From assembly GCA_009103225.1 (NCBI GenBank), contig RHPI01003762.1:1-64000 (forward strand): DNA of 64,000 nucleotides, read 5' to 3'. The DNA is from Chlorokybus atmophyticus. Its lineage: Eukaryota; Plantae; Mesostigma and Chlorokybus algae. This document shows, one piece after another, positions 13,388-26,750 of the stretch (the first letter of the stretch is position 1; the number at the start of each line of letters is the position of its first letter). The position numbers and the translations under genes are program-made. The notes beneath the pieces were generated by a model, which was not told the origin of the DNA, did no database searches, and saw nothing but the letters and a program-made list of their open reading frames with translations.

Positions 13388-16328
13388 TCACAAGGCTTCG
13401 GTGGTAGCGAGCAACCTTTTCACAATCCGCTGCAACGCCTGCGCGCTCGGCCCACTCTGCTCTCCGACAAAACAGGACCTCCCTTCTTCCGCCGCGCGTC
13501 CGAGCGTCGGATCCATCGGCACGCGTCCGAGGAACGGCACGCCGAGCTCCTCCGCCATGGCCTCGCCGCCGCCGCGGGTCGAGTGGAACACGTCCGCGCA
13601 CGCCACGCAGGTGTCCAGCAACTGAGGGGCAACCTGGCGGAGGTGAGAAAGGATTTCCGACGTCACGTCATGATGAGCACCACCTGAGACAAGTGCGTGG
13701 ATGGTCAGTTTAGCGAGTGCACACAAGGGACGCATTGTCACCTACTGTCTCATCGCTGCGACATGTTGATGACTTGAGGGCATGCAGCAAAAGGTGGCAT
13801 GTGCAATTGCAACTGCAGCAACAGGCGTTCAATTGGGCGTTGCTGCATGCAATAACATTGCAATGCACTCAGCTGAAGTAGCCAAACAAGGAGTCCATTG
13901 CCTCAGTTAGTTCATCCATGCACACCATGTATGTGTGCATCCGCTCGCGCGCGCGGGCATAACTTCGCCTCGCAATAAGGAAGCCAGCAACCTTGCAAGA
14001 TCCAATGCATGACACCCAAGCGTGCTTACCCGATGTGTCTTGAAACCGAAGTTGCGACAGCTTCACTTGCAGCTCGCTCATGTTCTCGACGACCCCGAGC
14101 ACGCGTATGCCCACCTTCTTGCAGAAGTTGATCTCTTTCCTGACATCGATGATGGACACCTCCTGCGGGGTGGTGACGATGACCGCCCCGTCCACATTCG
14201 TGGCCTTCAGGTACTGCGCGATGGAGATGTGCTCGTCTGAAGTGCCAGGCGGAGCTGCCATGACATGACATCGATCAGAATGTTGCTATGTGTGCCACAG
14301 ATGGACACGCGCATGCGTGTTTGTAAGCATGCGTGTGCTTGTGTGCGTGTACATGCGGGTACTCTGACATTGAAACATGTACTCACTTACCAGACTTGTG
14401 TGTTCACATGAGAGCATGCACTAGCACACATGACAAACGCAGCATGTGCGCGAAAACATTCGTGCGTGCATGTGCAGCGCTCAGCGCTGACAAGGTTGTC
14501 ACAACAAGTATCACCATACCATCCACGATGAGGTAGTCTATGTCGCCCCAGAACACGTCTTTCAGAAACTGCTTTATGAGACCATTCTTGCGTGGCCCTC
14601 GCCAGACAACCGCTTCATCGGGGTCGGGCAGCATGAAGCCAATGGACATCACGCCAAGGTTGTCGTCCACATACACAGGCGACCAACCCAGGTTGCTCTG
14701 GCAACAGCAAAAAGGGTTGGGTGTCACTCAGTCCTCACAAGCAGGTAACAAAATACATTCTTGTTGGTACCTGATGTACTTCCTCTCCCTCCAGACCCAA
14801 CATCTTTGGTAAGCTCGGCCCGCATATGTCAATGTCCAGCAAACCAACCTGTTGTAGGTACAAGAAGACAAGCATGGCCTCAGCATAGTAGACCAGCCAC
14901 TCCTGGCATGCTGTGTTGAAGAAAAATAAAAGGAGGAGTGCCAGCATTTTCTGAAGGCACACAACTGCAATGAACAACTGTGCACAAGGCGGCGATTATA
15001 TACACAACAACATCACTAGCGCATTGTAGAACCTCATACTTGTAACAGAATGCTACTTGCGTGTACTTCTCTTTTTTTTTGTGCCACAAGGCCGAAGACA
15101 AGTGTTCTTCTTATGCTCAAGCTTGGGTATACAGTGCGTGCATACAAAAGTGAACGCAGCATCATATAATGTGACGCATAGAACACCCTCTCACCTGTTT
15201 GTCAAGAGCGGCGAGCGCGAACGACAGCTGCGCTGCGACCGTACTCTTCCCAACCCCTCCTTTCCCTGACAGCACGAGCACCTTGTGTTTGATGCTGCGC
15301 ATGCGTTCCGTTATGGCCGCCAGCTCCGGGTCGGGCCCCTTGGGCGCCGTCGCGCAAGCCTCCTGGTTCGGACAACCCTCGCAGGCGGACGCTTTGCCAG
15401 CCTGATCCGACTCCGTACCAACACAATCTGCGTGCATGCGCAAGCAAGCCACAATAAGCATGCATGCGCACGTGCGAGTTACATTGCCTGCGTGCATGCG
15501 ATGCATATGCGTGCACACACGCGTGCGCGTGCCTGTGTATGTGAAAGCGTGTAAGCATGTCACCACATGCAGGGGTGCATGTGGTGACAAGCACACAAAC
15601 GTACAAACATGTGTATGTCGCTTCAAACTGTGGTGACATGCACACACAAGCATGAGCGTAAGAGTATCATTGAGCGATTGGCAAGTGAAAGAATCAAGCC
15701 ATGGGTTGCTGATGGTGTGATGATGAATATGCGCGCACACGCACGACCATTCGGCATGCAAATCCGCTGCTTACTGCACTTGCGCGTACTGTTCGCATTA
15801 AGCAAATTGTGTCTGATCGTGGCAAGCAAGCTTACAGCACAGAAGCTCAGCCTTAGCCTTCTCATGCAAAGCACAGCAGTGTGGATTTGCAAAATTCACA
15901 GAGTTTTGCAAACAATCTCTTAATGCACTGAGGCCATATGTAATATTACGTCCTGTAGTATACAACCTGCGCATGCTTAAACAGTTGTAGGCAAAGCTTC
16001 TGCTGGCGTGCCATTAGCACGCCACGGAGCTATTCAATACTTGTTCATCAGTAAGATTGAGGAAGTAGACAACCACCAACGTAGCACCAGGCTATTGTTG
16101 CGTGCATGAGACATCACAACTCCTGTGAAATCAGACTATTTGTGCTGTAAGAACATACACCAAACAGTGATATCATCGCTGCTTGCCAAGCAATTGAGCC
16201 GGTTGCGACTACTTACGGGCGTTGGCGTTGTCCGGAACGTCTCCAACAGCCTCACGCTCCTCCCTACCGTTCACAGCGCCTCCATTCTCCACCACCTCCA
16301 TGACCTCCGCCTCCACGTCCGCCGCCAT
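13388..16328 (-). CDS. NBP35: Cytosolic Fe-S cluster assembly factor NBP35; exons 16328-16217, 15427-15195, 14848-14771, 14697-14520, 14254-14030, 13683-13388
   Basis: N-terminal Cys cluster [26 protein letters not shown]-loop [79 protein letters not shown]. Splice phases are consistent. Confidence 0.97.
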
Positions 16329-16413
16329 TGCGCCCGTTACCGCCGCCGCCGCCGCCGCAGTATGGCAAATCAGTTCACTCTACGCCATTTTGATTCACTT
16401 TAGTTCACTCCCG

Positions 16414-16422
16414 AAACCCTAA
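16414..16422 (+). promoter_or_regulatory. Telo-box AAACCCTAA in the NBP35/p23 divergent promoter
   Basis: Exact AAACCCTAA between two ATGs 408 bp apart. Confidence 0.5.
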
Positions 16423-16736
16423 AACTGGAAGCTTAGATCTTCAATCGAAGCTTCCAGGCAAACGGCGCAGCCGACCGCGGTTACGGCGAACACCGTTTAA
16501 CTCCGATATCGGAAACTCTCTTCCAGGTAAAATGTGCTAATATCTGGTGAATTGAGTTCTTGCACAGTGGTGCTATAACCGCAGTTTGTCCACAGTGTTT
16601 GCATTTGCGTGGCGTTGCGATCGGCGGCGGCGGCGGTGCAGGAGGAGGAGGAGGCCGGGGAGGAGGTGCAGGAGGTGAAGGAGGCGACAGGGAAAGCGCG
16701 TCGAAGGCTGGTCGGGTGCTTGCGCACAGAGCCAAG

Positions 16737-18702
16737 ATGGTGCTGCATCCGCCCTGCAAGTGGGCTGAGCGCAGCGACAAGGTAGCAACCGTTACGCAGT
16801 GTGTTGGCATGCCAGTCAGACACTATGTTGTTTCAACAAGAATCTGCTCGTATTTTGGTCGGGCAAGCTTACTTTTGCTACAACAACTTGTTCTATGGCA
16901 CATTGCAGGAACAAATAAGCTTCCGACTGTGTGCATGCCTGCTTGTCATGGCTACTTCCTGCACACAAGGCTGCTTGTATGACTGCATGCATGGCGTTTA
17001 GGTTGCGCTCTGCCGTTTCGGTCAGTCTTGTCTTCTGCCTTGCCTGGCTAGACTCATCTTGCAGTACTTTATCTTGCAAGAACAATGTTCAAGCTCTGGT
17101 TGGGTAGAAGTTGAGTCCGTCATGCACTCTAAGTAGCTTGGCTGGGCTACATGTTTAACTGGTGAAAATTTGCTGCAGCTGTTGTTCTCTTTGCTTCGGT
17201 CACAGTAGACACAGCTTGGTTGCTTTAGTAACGAGCATAGTTTGACTGTCTGTGACGCAACAAACATGAGAGCAAGGAAGCAAGCAAACCCACACAAACA
17301 AATAATCCATCGCACACATAGTAAACTCTCAAATCATGCAGATTTACTTTACAATTGACATCGCGGACGCCACGGACGTTTCTGCAAACTTCCCAAACGA
17401 CCACTCGCTGTACTTCAAGTGAGCTGTTTTGTGCATGCGGACGATTTTGTTGTAAGAGGTGATGTAAGGCTGGCAAGAGCTTCAGCATCAAGTGTTCAAC
17501 TTGTGTTACCGTGTCTGTGCAGGGGCAGAGGCGGAACGGACAATCAAGACTATGAGTTGAGTGTTGAGTTGAAGAAGCAGATTGATCCGGTACGGCACAG
17601 AATGTTCTTGTTCAAGCATGAATATATGTTGATACATGCATATGCACGCGTGTTCTGAGCGCTCTGAGCGCGCATGCATACACACGCATGGCGCACGCGT
17701 ACATGCGAGTGCTCAGAGCACCTGTGCGCATGCATACGCACATGCATGTGTCTCGTTTGAGCTTGTCATTTGCTTGCATGTGCGTTTGCATGCACAGGCT
17801 TGTGGTTGCTTACTGAGGCGTGTTGTTTACTCACTCGTTTGAAAAACCGTATTTGCTTTAGGAGAAGAGTCAATGGGCTGTTCACACGCGCGGAATCGTG
17901 TTTGTGCTCGCGAAGAAGGTGCGCATAGTCACATAGTTCAAACGTCCAGTCATATCAGTTTAGCATTACAAGCATGCATTCATGCATGCATGTAATGCTA
18001 AACTGATATGACATGCTGATGTGGACGCACCGGACATGCATCCCTAGATTGGATGGCGCCCAATCCCCCGGTTCCACATAGCAACAGTTGTCACATGCTG
18101 TTGTCTTTGCTTGGTTGTGCAGGAACCAGGGTACTGGGAAGGGCTGCTTCCACCCGGAGAAAAGGCTGCATGGTTGAAGGTGTGTATTCCGAAAGCAACA
18201 ACTATAACAAGTTGACCACATTTGCACCGCTGTAATTTCATCCGACATATTCTTCTTCATCGTGTGCAATCACCCTTTTGCGGGGGACTTGGACCCCTTT
18301 GGTGTTGAGGACTGAGGAGTTGCTTTCAGGTTGGAAAGCAATTTCAGACTGTGACTGTGACTTACTTCATGCATCTGTTGGTCAGGTGGACTGGGACAAG
18401 TGGGTCGACGAGGATGAGGAGGAGTCGGCCACCTCACCCAATTTTGAAGGCATGGATTTCTCAAGCCTGGGTGACTTTGGTGGCATGGTAAGTTAGCTAT
18501 TGTGTGCGTGTGCGTGTGTCCTTTGCATCAGTGTGACTCAGCAGCTTATCTGACACTATGTCCTGATGCGCACGCGCAGGGTGGAGGTGATGATAAGGAC
18601 AGCGATGACGAGGAGCTGCCGTCCTTGGAGAAGGATGAGGACAATACAGAGGAGGCCAATAAGGACAAGGAGGAGGAAGAGGAGCAGAAAGCCGCGCAGT
18701 AG
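16737..18702 (+). CDS. p23: p23/SBA1-like HSP90 co-chaperone; exons 16737-16781, 17342-17418, 17523-17589, 17862-17918, 18123-18179, 18386-18487, 18580-18702
   Basis: MVLHPPCKWAERSDK-IYFTIDIADA...-WLK-VDWDKWVDEDEE followed by an acidic tail; this is the p23 CS-domain signature. Confidence 0.93.
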
Positions 18703-19936
18703 TGATGATAAGCCGGAGGCTGGGTGGTTGCAGTTGGCATCATCGTGCCTTGCTTAGTGCTCACAACGGGTGTATTAGTGGGTGTTTGCTAATGACAGAG
18801 TTGCTTGTGAATGGCCAGCCAGTGCAGTGGAGCGCACGACAAGTTTGTGCATTGCCAGTGACAGACGCACAATATGAGTCATGCAAATGCGTTGGCAATG
18901 AGCGTGGACAATTGCTGCACATGCCAAATTGACAGTTTCTTAAAGCAGTACCTGCTTAAGAGGTTGAATGGATATCAGCACTACTAGGCCTGGCACTTTG
19001 GTATATATGCACAGCATGTGGGGTGCAAGTTGCATCTGAAGGGAATGGCAGTAGGGCCATCACACATTAGAAACCTATGCAACAGCTTGACATCTTTTGT
19101 TATGTACCGTTGTAGTATTAAGAATGCTATTGCAAACATATTTCGATGTTTGTGGGAGCTGTGATTATTTTACGGCGGTAATGTACCGTTGTAGTAATAA
19201 GACTGTTATTGCAAACACATTTCGACGATTTGTTGCAACCACAAGTCATAGTCTGCAATCTGAAACATGTAGATAATAGGGGCATGTCATTGAACCCTGT
19301 GTGCAGTTGTAAGTGTGAAATCTTCAAGACTATTGTGTACGGGGTGCTATATCACACATGCTCAAGGCGTACAAAAGGTCCAAGGCAGATAGAACACGTA
19401 TTAACATGCGCACTCTGTTGCTGAACATGCACACTCACATGCGCAGCAGAGGCCATCCACAGTCATCATCACATTCCAGCTGTGTATTGCAGTGAGTTGA
19501 GGTGCATAGGGTACAATTCAATGGCACTTGATTCTCGTGCTTACGCTACTTAGTCAACAAGTTCTTTATGTTCTGATTCGCACACTGCCACAGTTCCTAC
19601 TACTAGATGAGGATGACACATTAACACATGAGTAGCGTGTCATGCCCCGCACAGTCACACCAACATACAAATCGTGTTTTCACTGCAGCTAAGTTAACAC
19701 CACGTGAACATCGTCATTGACAACTTGTATATACAAGCAGCAAGTGACTCAGGCAGCCTACTGACAATCTCATGGGCAGTAATGCGAGTATGTTCGCACG
19801 GCATGGTTCATGGACACACACTTTGTCCTTGACATTGTTTGTATACTTGCCCACCTATGCCAGCTTTTGTGCACATACATCGTCGACATCAACGGCGGCC
19901 GTCGGCGTAGCGCTTGGCGGCGTGAGCTCTTTTGCT

Positions 19937-20263
19937 TTAAGCAGTCTTCGCGTTGTACAGCTTGCCGATGACATGCAGGATGGTGACGCTGGCAATGAAG
20001 AGGAGTGACATGATGAGCACGGCTGGTGGCGAAATCCTCAAGCCTGGTGCGTCCTCGGTGTAGAACCGCAGCATCCCGCTGTTCCCGCTATTCATGTTGC
20101 CTTGGGTGGCAGTCCCTGTCGCCGCCCGCCTCCTCCTAAGCCCAGCCGCCACGGCTCCCCTCCCGCCCACGGGCGCCGTCGCCCTCGGACCTGGCGTTGA
20201 CCCCACCCCAGCCCCCCGGCCCCCCATGGTGGAGGACTGCGACGGCGCCGCACCCTTCGCCAT
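19937..20263 (-). CDS. SEC61B: Protein translocon subunit SEC61 beta, intronless CDS
   Basis: [39 protein letters not shown] is the SEC61-beta core plus its TM helix. Confidence 0.96.
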   Translation of the reverse strand: MAKGAAPSQSSTMGGRGAGVGSTPGPRATAPVGGRGAVAAGLRRRRAATGTATQGNMNSGNSGMLRFYTEDAPGLRISPPAVLIMSLLFIASVTILHVIGKLYNAKTA

Positions 20264-21384
20264 GCTTGCCAAGCAGACAGTCAACAACAACCCCAACAAC
20301 CCTTCACTGTCGCGCGCTCAACTCGCCGGCAATGCCAGCCAAGCGACTGGGACACCACCGCCACGAGGAGAAGAAGTCCACCTCCCCAACCACCAACCGT
20401 CAACACCCTTGCACGCCTCGCCGCCGCCACCGACGCCGTCACCAATGCCGCCAACGATACTTCACACGCCGCGGCGTTGCGCAACAAACAAACGCACAAC
20501 TCCATCGCCGCGCTATACACGAGCTTAGCACTTGCGCCGCGCAGTGCAGGGGGATTTCCGGTGCTTCCGAGTGCATGCTGTGCTGTGCAATGCAGAGTCG
20601 TCTGTGACAGTGTCCAGCCCCTATGCTGTGTGCTGTGTCGCACTGCTGCTGCTGGCCTGTTAGGGATGTTGAGTCTGGCTGTTGTTGATGTTGGTGGTGG
20701 TTGTGGTAGCACAGCCACACAGAGCGAGAGAGTCCGTTTGTTGCAATGCTGCTCGGCTTAGCTCAGCAGCAGTATGCTTTGCACTGCCGTAAGTAGCACA
20801 CGAGGTCAAGGAGGAGGGATTAGGATACTGCATTGTGCCTGCGCCATGCAGGTAAATTCAGCTACGACTGTACTACTGCAGCAAGCTGCCGTTCTTGCGT
20901 CATGCTGCAAATTGGCGTTGAGTGTTTTGTGCTTGGAAAATGTACGTTGCCGTGTGGGCTGTCACGGACCATCTGCTCCGTGTGCCATTGTGTCAAATGT
21001 TTAGCAATGCACATGCATGCTAGCATCCCATGAATGCCTAATGGTGACAAGTCAACTCATCACCAAGCTTGAGCGATGTGCCGCTTGCCAGCCCGTAGCC
21101 TGTTTTGCCTCGAAAGAAACACATGCCATTTAGGAAAGGCGGCACATTGCGTGTGTCGCTGTCTTCTTGACCAAACCGCCTTGTTGGGATACTAGCTCTG
21201 CCGACAAGGCCAATAATTTTAGTACACAAGCTGACGCTGCATCCAATGGTGGAATAGAGGATGACGCTCGCTCAAGTAGTGTAGTTCAAAGTTTGCTTGG
21301 ATTCAGCTAGTGACTGGTGGGCTTTGGTTTTGCAGGCTTGCGCTCGCTGGTTAGTTCGGTGCTGACGGTGTGGAGAGTAAAGCA

Positions 21385-24210
21385 ATGCTAGCATGGCTGG
21401 TGTTCATGGTGCTGGTGGCTTTGACTTCATCAGTAGCAGCAGCTGGTGGAGCTGTCTTCACACCCTTCAACACTGACCCTTGGCCCAACCCCGCAACTGA
21501 CTCATGCTTCACGAAGGTGACTGCTCTTTCTACGTTCTGTATATGTATATGTATCGTTTCGCGCGTATGCACAAGGACTGTCACTGCATTGATAGTGGCG
21601 CTAACATTTCCTGTGCACTGCGACAATTCCTGTTTATGTCTGCTGCTGTGATACAAACACATTGCCGCTTTGTTTTATCTCAAGCCACACAACAACATAA
21701 AAGTTTTCAAGTCTTGAGTACGGTGGTTGTTACCTCCTTTTGTGATCTGATATATGCTCTGTCTTTGAGCTCAACATAAGCCCGTGGCGAAGGTGCCGGC
21801 TACGACATCATGCACGCGCCAGCTCGCTCACTACGCTTTCCGTCCGGAAGGCTACAACCAGTACGGCAACCCGCAAGTCAGCTACACTCTCTTTTACAAC
21901 ACAGGCAACTTGCAGTTTGAAACCCTGCCAGCCCGGCCCGTATTCACGAGTCGTCCTCCGCATCTATGCGCAATGTAAAGGGCCCCGCAACGAGGTTTTC
22001 TTGGTGTCTGAATTTAAAGTACTTGTGCTCCAGCGTTGAATGTTTGATCTTTGTTGTGCTGATTAACTGTCTAACTGCCGCACGTGTCTACGTGCTTGCC
22101 GCCCATCTACCTTTCAGCCCCTGGTTCACATTTCCAACACATTGCCAACCGGCGCTCAGCAACATGTGTATATCTAGTGCAAGGCTGACATCAGCAAGGT
22201 GACGAACTGTTCTGCTCTCTCAGCTGCGTGTGCGTGCACAAGTTTGTATAGTGTGCGTGTGTGTACGTGCATGCGTATGTAACTTGACACCGACGGGATG
22301 GATCACCGAATGTTGTGCAGTGCCCATCGGTGTTAAACGAAGCTGGCGAGCTGCATGTTGCTGCTCCCAGCAGGTAACACGCAGCTGTTGTCCGGATTTT
22401 GTGCACCTGATGACACCAACCACAGCTACAACTCTTTCATAAGCATCCCGGCGGGAGGTTTACAGCCTTTTAAATGAGTCGCAACATGACCGTCTACGCG
22501 AAATACCATGCAATTGATGTGCCCGCTGCCGACACCAATTTCCCTATCTTGGCCTGGCAACAGAGCCCGCAGCCATGGTTCAAGATCAACCAGTTTTTCG
22601 TGGCTCGCCTCCTGTTGTAAGCGTGAGTGTGACACTACCACAAAGTAACTGGCAGTGTCACACTCACGCTTCCCCCAAACATCGTCAATATACACGCTGA
22701 GGTGTGATCTCTACTGTGTCAAGTCACTTAATGCTATGATTTAATGACGTAGGTGTTTGCGCTTGGCGCTCACTTTCGGCAGCGTCAGATGTTTATCCAT
22801 ATTGTTGAGCGGGTTGCTGGCGTCGTTTATGCGGTGGCTATATGAATCTTTAATAAGGGGTCGGTTTCCCCACATCGGTTGCCAAATGCTGAGCTCATAG
22901 TTGTTAGCTATACAAGTTAAGTAGTATTTGGTGCACAGAGCCGCGTGTGTCCCTGCATCTGCTGACAAACTCAGTACATTGCATACGCAGCGGACATCAC
23001 GCTTTGGGTTGGGGTACTCACAAACACAAGCCGTCACACCTTTACTTAGCAGTCAGATGATAAGGAGAGTTTGAGGTTGTGTAAGTGACAACACACCAGA
23101 TGCTCTGCGTGACAAAGGCACGCACACACGAGTGCACACCCACGCATGCATGCATACGCACACAGCTCTTGCCAGGTTCAGGCAAGAGATGTGCAGCACT
23201 GGTCGGGTGCAAACCTGCACCTTTGGCTAGATAAAGTTTCTGCGCGCACAAAAGGCAGGCTACTGTTGGCCCATTCCCCCAAGAATGGTTTTAGCTTGGC
23301 CTTTGGCCATTATGGCGAAGCCACAACATGCAACAAGCCTAAGGGAACAATCCAGGTACAGCGTTGGAATTGGGTATATGTTGCTTACTCACCTTGTAAC
23401 GACCCGCTGATAGTAATTGTGGTTGTGGTGCTTGTGTGGATAGACTTGTGCAGGCCTTATCACCACGACAGTTACAAACGATGCAAAGTTTACCTCTGTT
23501 ACACCTAGTGAAGGCGGACCCTCGAATACCGTTGTCTTGCAATGCAATTGTCAGCGACATGTAGACTAGAACCAAAAATGTTTACAACAATTATTTGCTT
23601 GCATGCACAGACTGTGGACTCTCTATGCAATAATGGTCAACATTAACAAAGCTACCCAAACCTTAGCAAAACACAACGTACACTGACGCTCTGGCATCCC
23701 ACAACCAGAAGGCTTCTCTAGACTATTGCGACGGTACTTTTTGCATGTGAGGTCGACAGAGAGCGTGAACGCTTTATACTACATCAGAGTAAACACCTTT
23801 GCGGGCGTAACCAAGTCCTACCAAAGGTTGTTTAATCTTTTCACCAACTTTTCGCTTGATTGCAATAACACTCTCAACAGTACTAACACCCTTTGCTTCA
23901 TCGATAACAACGGCTTCGTCTTCAACGAGGACGTGTGCTTGCATCCAACAAAACAACATCAAGGCTGGTGTTATAAGCTATACTACTACTTAGCTTGCGA
24001 CAATCTTGTGAATGTGGTAGCACATTTCAGCAATGTGCCCTCAAAAAGCATACACATATGCTTTGTCATAGTGCGGAGCTCACGCTAGCCAATGATAACA
24101 ACGACAAGACGTCTTTTCGTGGCGCACAATCTCTTAGCAAGCAATTTTTAACAAGTGGGACATCAGAGTTTGCTTGTTGGGGTCAGAACTGTGCGGCAAC
24201 TAAAGGGTGA
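21385..24210 (+). pseudogene. Peptide:N-glycanase A (PNGase A)-like secreted protein gene, apparently disrupted
   Basis: Signal peptide MLAWLVFMVLVALTSSVAAA. Colinear PNGase A-like segments: YSRVVLRIYAQCKG, KADISK-CPSVL, ADTNFPIL...PWFKINQ, VTLTLPPNIVNIHAEV, YAADITLWVGVLTNTSRHTF, WSGANLHLWLDK (23200-23230). Several in-frame stops and frame changes interrupt them. The 3' boundary is approximate. Confidence 0.75.
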
Positions 24211-24299
24211 AACCGCTACTGATGCTGCAGAGGTTCCATGCTAATGCTGCTCGTGATATGCGTAGGAGCCTCCCCGTTATTGGCTGACGTACCTTTAGA

Positions 24300-26750
24300 G
24301 TGATTGTCATATGAATCGCATAATGCGATATACTTGTGTTGTAAACCAGCAGCTGCTGTGACAGGCTTTTTTGCCCCATGACGGGGATCTTTTTTCGTAT
24401 GGATTGATGTTGTTCGAGATTGCTGATGCTAGTCTTGCATAAAAAAGAGATTCAGCAAGTTCGCTGCCATTAACGAGATGTTACATGTGGCACCGTGCTA
24501 CACGTGCGCATGCATCTGCACACCCAAAGTAAGCTAGTAAACAAGCAGTAAACTATATGCAACTATTATACATAGGGCTAGCTGGAGGGCTTAATGCAAA
24601 GTAAGTGCCCGCTGCGGCATGGGGCTATGCATACTCCATATTATATTCAATGCATCCTTATCTAATCACACGCCAGCACAGAAGCGTAGTGTGCTTTACT
24701 CGCTGTGTCGGTCGGTGTACCTAATTAGTAAGCATCAGCTTATTCACATCTGCATGGTGAGCTCTAAAGTTTGTGATCAATCAATGCCTCGTCAAGCGCA
24801 CCATTACTTGTTCATATACAAACACACTGTCACGCATTGTCTACATGTTCACGCATTTGTCCTTTGCAACCGAATCGAAAACCATGAAACCATGAAGACA
24901 CAAACTGCATGCAATAGCCTCAACATTACAAGTTGTTGCTTGCCGTAACATGTGTAGCGTTATAAAGTCTCGATGCAAGTGCGCTTTTATAGGTTATAAA
25001 GCCTCAACGCCGTAAGTAAATTACCCATGTACATGTTTAAGCATAATGTATAAATACTTGGAGGCCATGTAAGATAGGGAGAAGTAACGTGTACAAACAA
25101 ATCCTTCATTATGCGCAAGCGCTCAATTTTCACATTGGTGGCTCCACAATGTTGTATGATGTTAAGCAAACATAATTAAAATATTTGGCTGACTCCAGGC
25201 AAAACATATAATATGTAAGGGTGGTTGCGACAATCAATCGCTCTTCTACATGCATTGAACTCGCATACATGCTAAGCATGGGCTACTACCATATCATAAA
25301 TAATTGTGGGTTTATTAGCGACCAATTGATGTTCAACCCTAACTTGAGTAACTCAAGTTAGGGTTGAAAAGCAATTTTGCCACTAACGTATCAGCTAAGC
25401 TTGAGTTAGCTGAGCTTATACATCGGTTGTTTTGTAACATCACAGTAGCTTTATATTTTGGGTTACACATTTTGTGGCAAAGTGTTCATTGAAGAAGGTT
25501 TGTTGCGACAACATCCGAAAACGTAATATTATCATGTTATTATCGTTGAGCACATGACATAATGTGTGCAAGCCCCTTTATATTTATATACTCGCGAGTA
25601 CAAAGCGACTTGCGACGCATTTCAAGAACATAAACGCATTAGTCTCGCATAAAAAAATGCATGATCATTGCATGCCATACAAGCACACGTACATAGCATG
25701 TACAACATTGAATCAAGAGATGCATGTGCCGAGTCGACATCTTGTTTAATACAAAAGGACTCCATCTAGTATATAAGCTTCAAATAATGTGCTTTACATA
25801 TGACACATTTGCATGGTATGTAATATAACTTGTATATGGCTATACAATGCGGTATATATAAATTCTGAACGTCTATACCACACTATATGGCACTATCTAC
25901 GTTACATTTTATACCACATCAGACAAACTCGCCACATTGAAATTTTAATCTAAATACTTGCTTTCGTGTGAATTTATGATGATGCATATGACGAGTTTGA
26001 GCACGAAAGGTGCTATAACATGCACTTTAAAACACGACACACGTCTTGAGTATGAATCACTAAGGCTACGCATGTACGTTTGTATTAAGAAACTGCGTGT
26101 CTGCATTGGCATATCAATTACTCATGATTGATCATTTAGACGTCAACATGCTTTACAAAACTAGTTGAATATCACATATACAGCTCGTGACAGGTCGCAA
26201 GCATGTCTCCCATGCTTTTCATGATGTATTTGCTTGAAATTGCGAGTCCTTTGATTGAGCTTGATTATAACATGAAGAGATTTACGCATGATGAGATCTT
26301 TGCAAATATTAATGTACCTTTTCTGGTGCTACGAAATTCCTTGTGGTCTCAATTTATGATTGATATAATGCAATACCTTATGTACCACCGGCCTCAAGTT
26401 AAAACATATGAGTGATTAAACTAATTTATTCCGTTGATGACTAGAGCGCATGTCGTGCCACACCAGTGGTAAATTTCCACTTACATATGTCTACTGCACT
26501 GTCGTTGGTATGGCATTGTCTAGTAACACTGCGTCTTCTTTGCATGCACATAGCCTGATCAGCTCACAACTCTAAAAATTTTAATAAATTGACATGTACA
26601 TCTAAACAACGGTTATGACTATTGATATATATATATATATATGTTATACCATATATATATATTTGTAGCACTAACCACACAACATGCTTGTGTGCATGAA
26701 TGCAAATTGTTCTGCCTAATACATTCTTTGTTAGCTTCTTGCAAAAGTAC
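24300..26750. mobile_element. AT-rich degenerate TE-like/foreign DNA block
   Basis: Abrupt AT-richness, no intact ORF, internal palindromes at 25332-25413. Family not identifiable by eye. Confidence 0.3.

Noticed and set aside
21995-22720. TAA/TAG=Gln reassignment (as in some ulvophytes) to explain the in-frame stops in the PNGase gene
   Set aside because: TOP1 ends at the canonical ...YRF-TAG, the deacetylase and SEC61B end in TAA at plausible C-termini, and intact genes contain no internal TAR codons. TGA stops and frameshifts also occur in the PNGase region.
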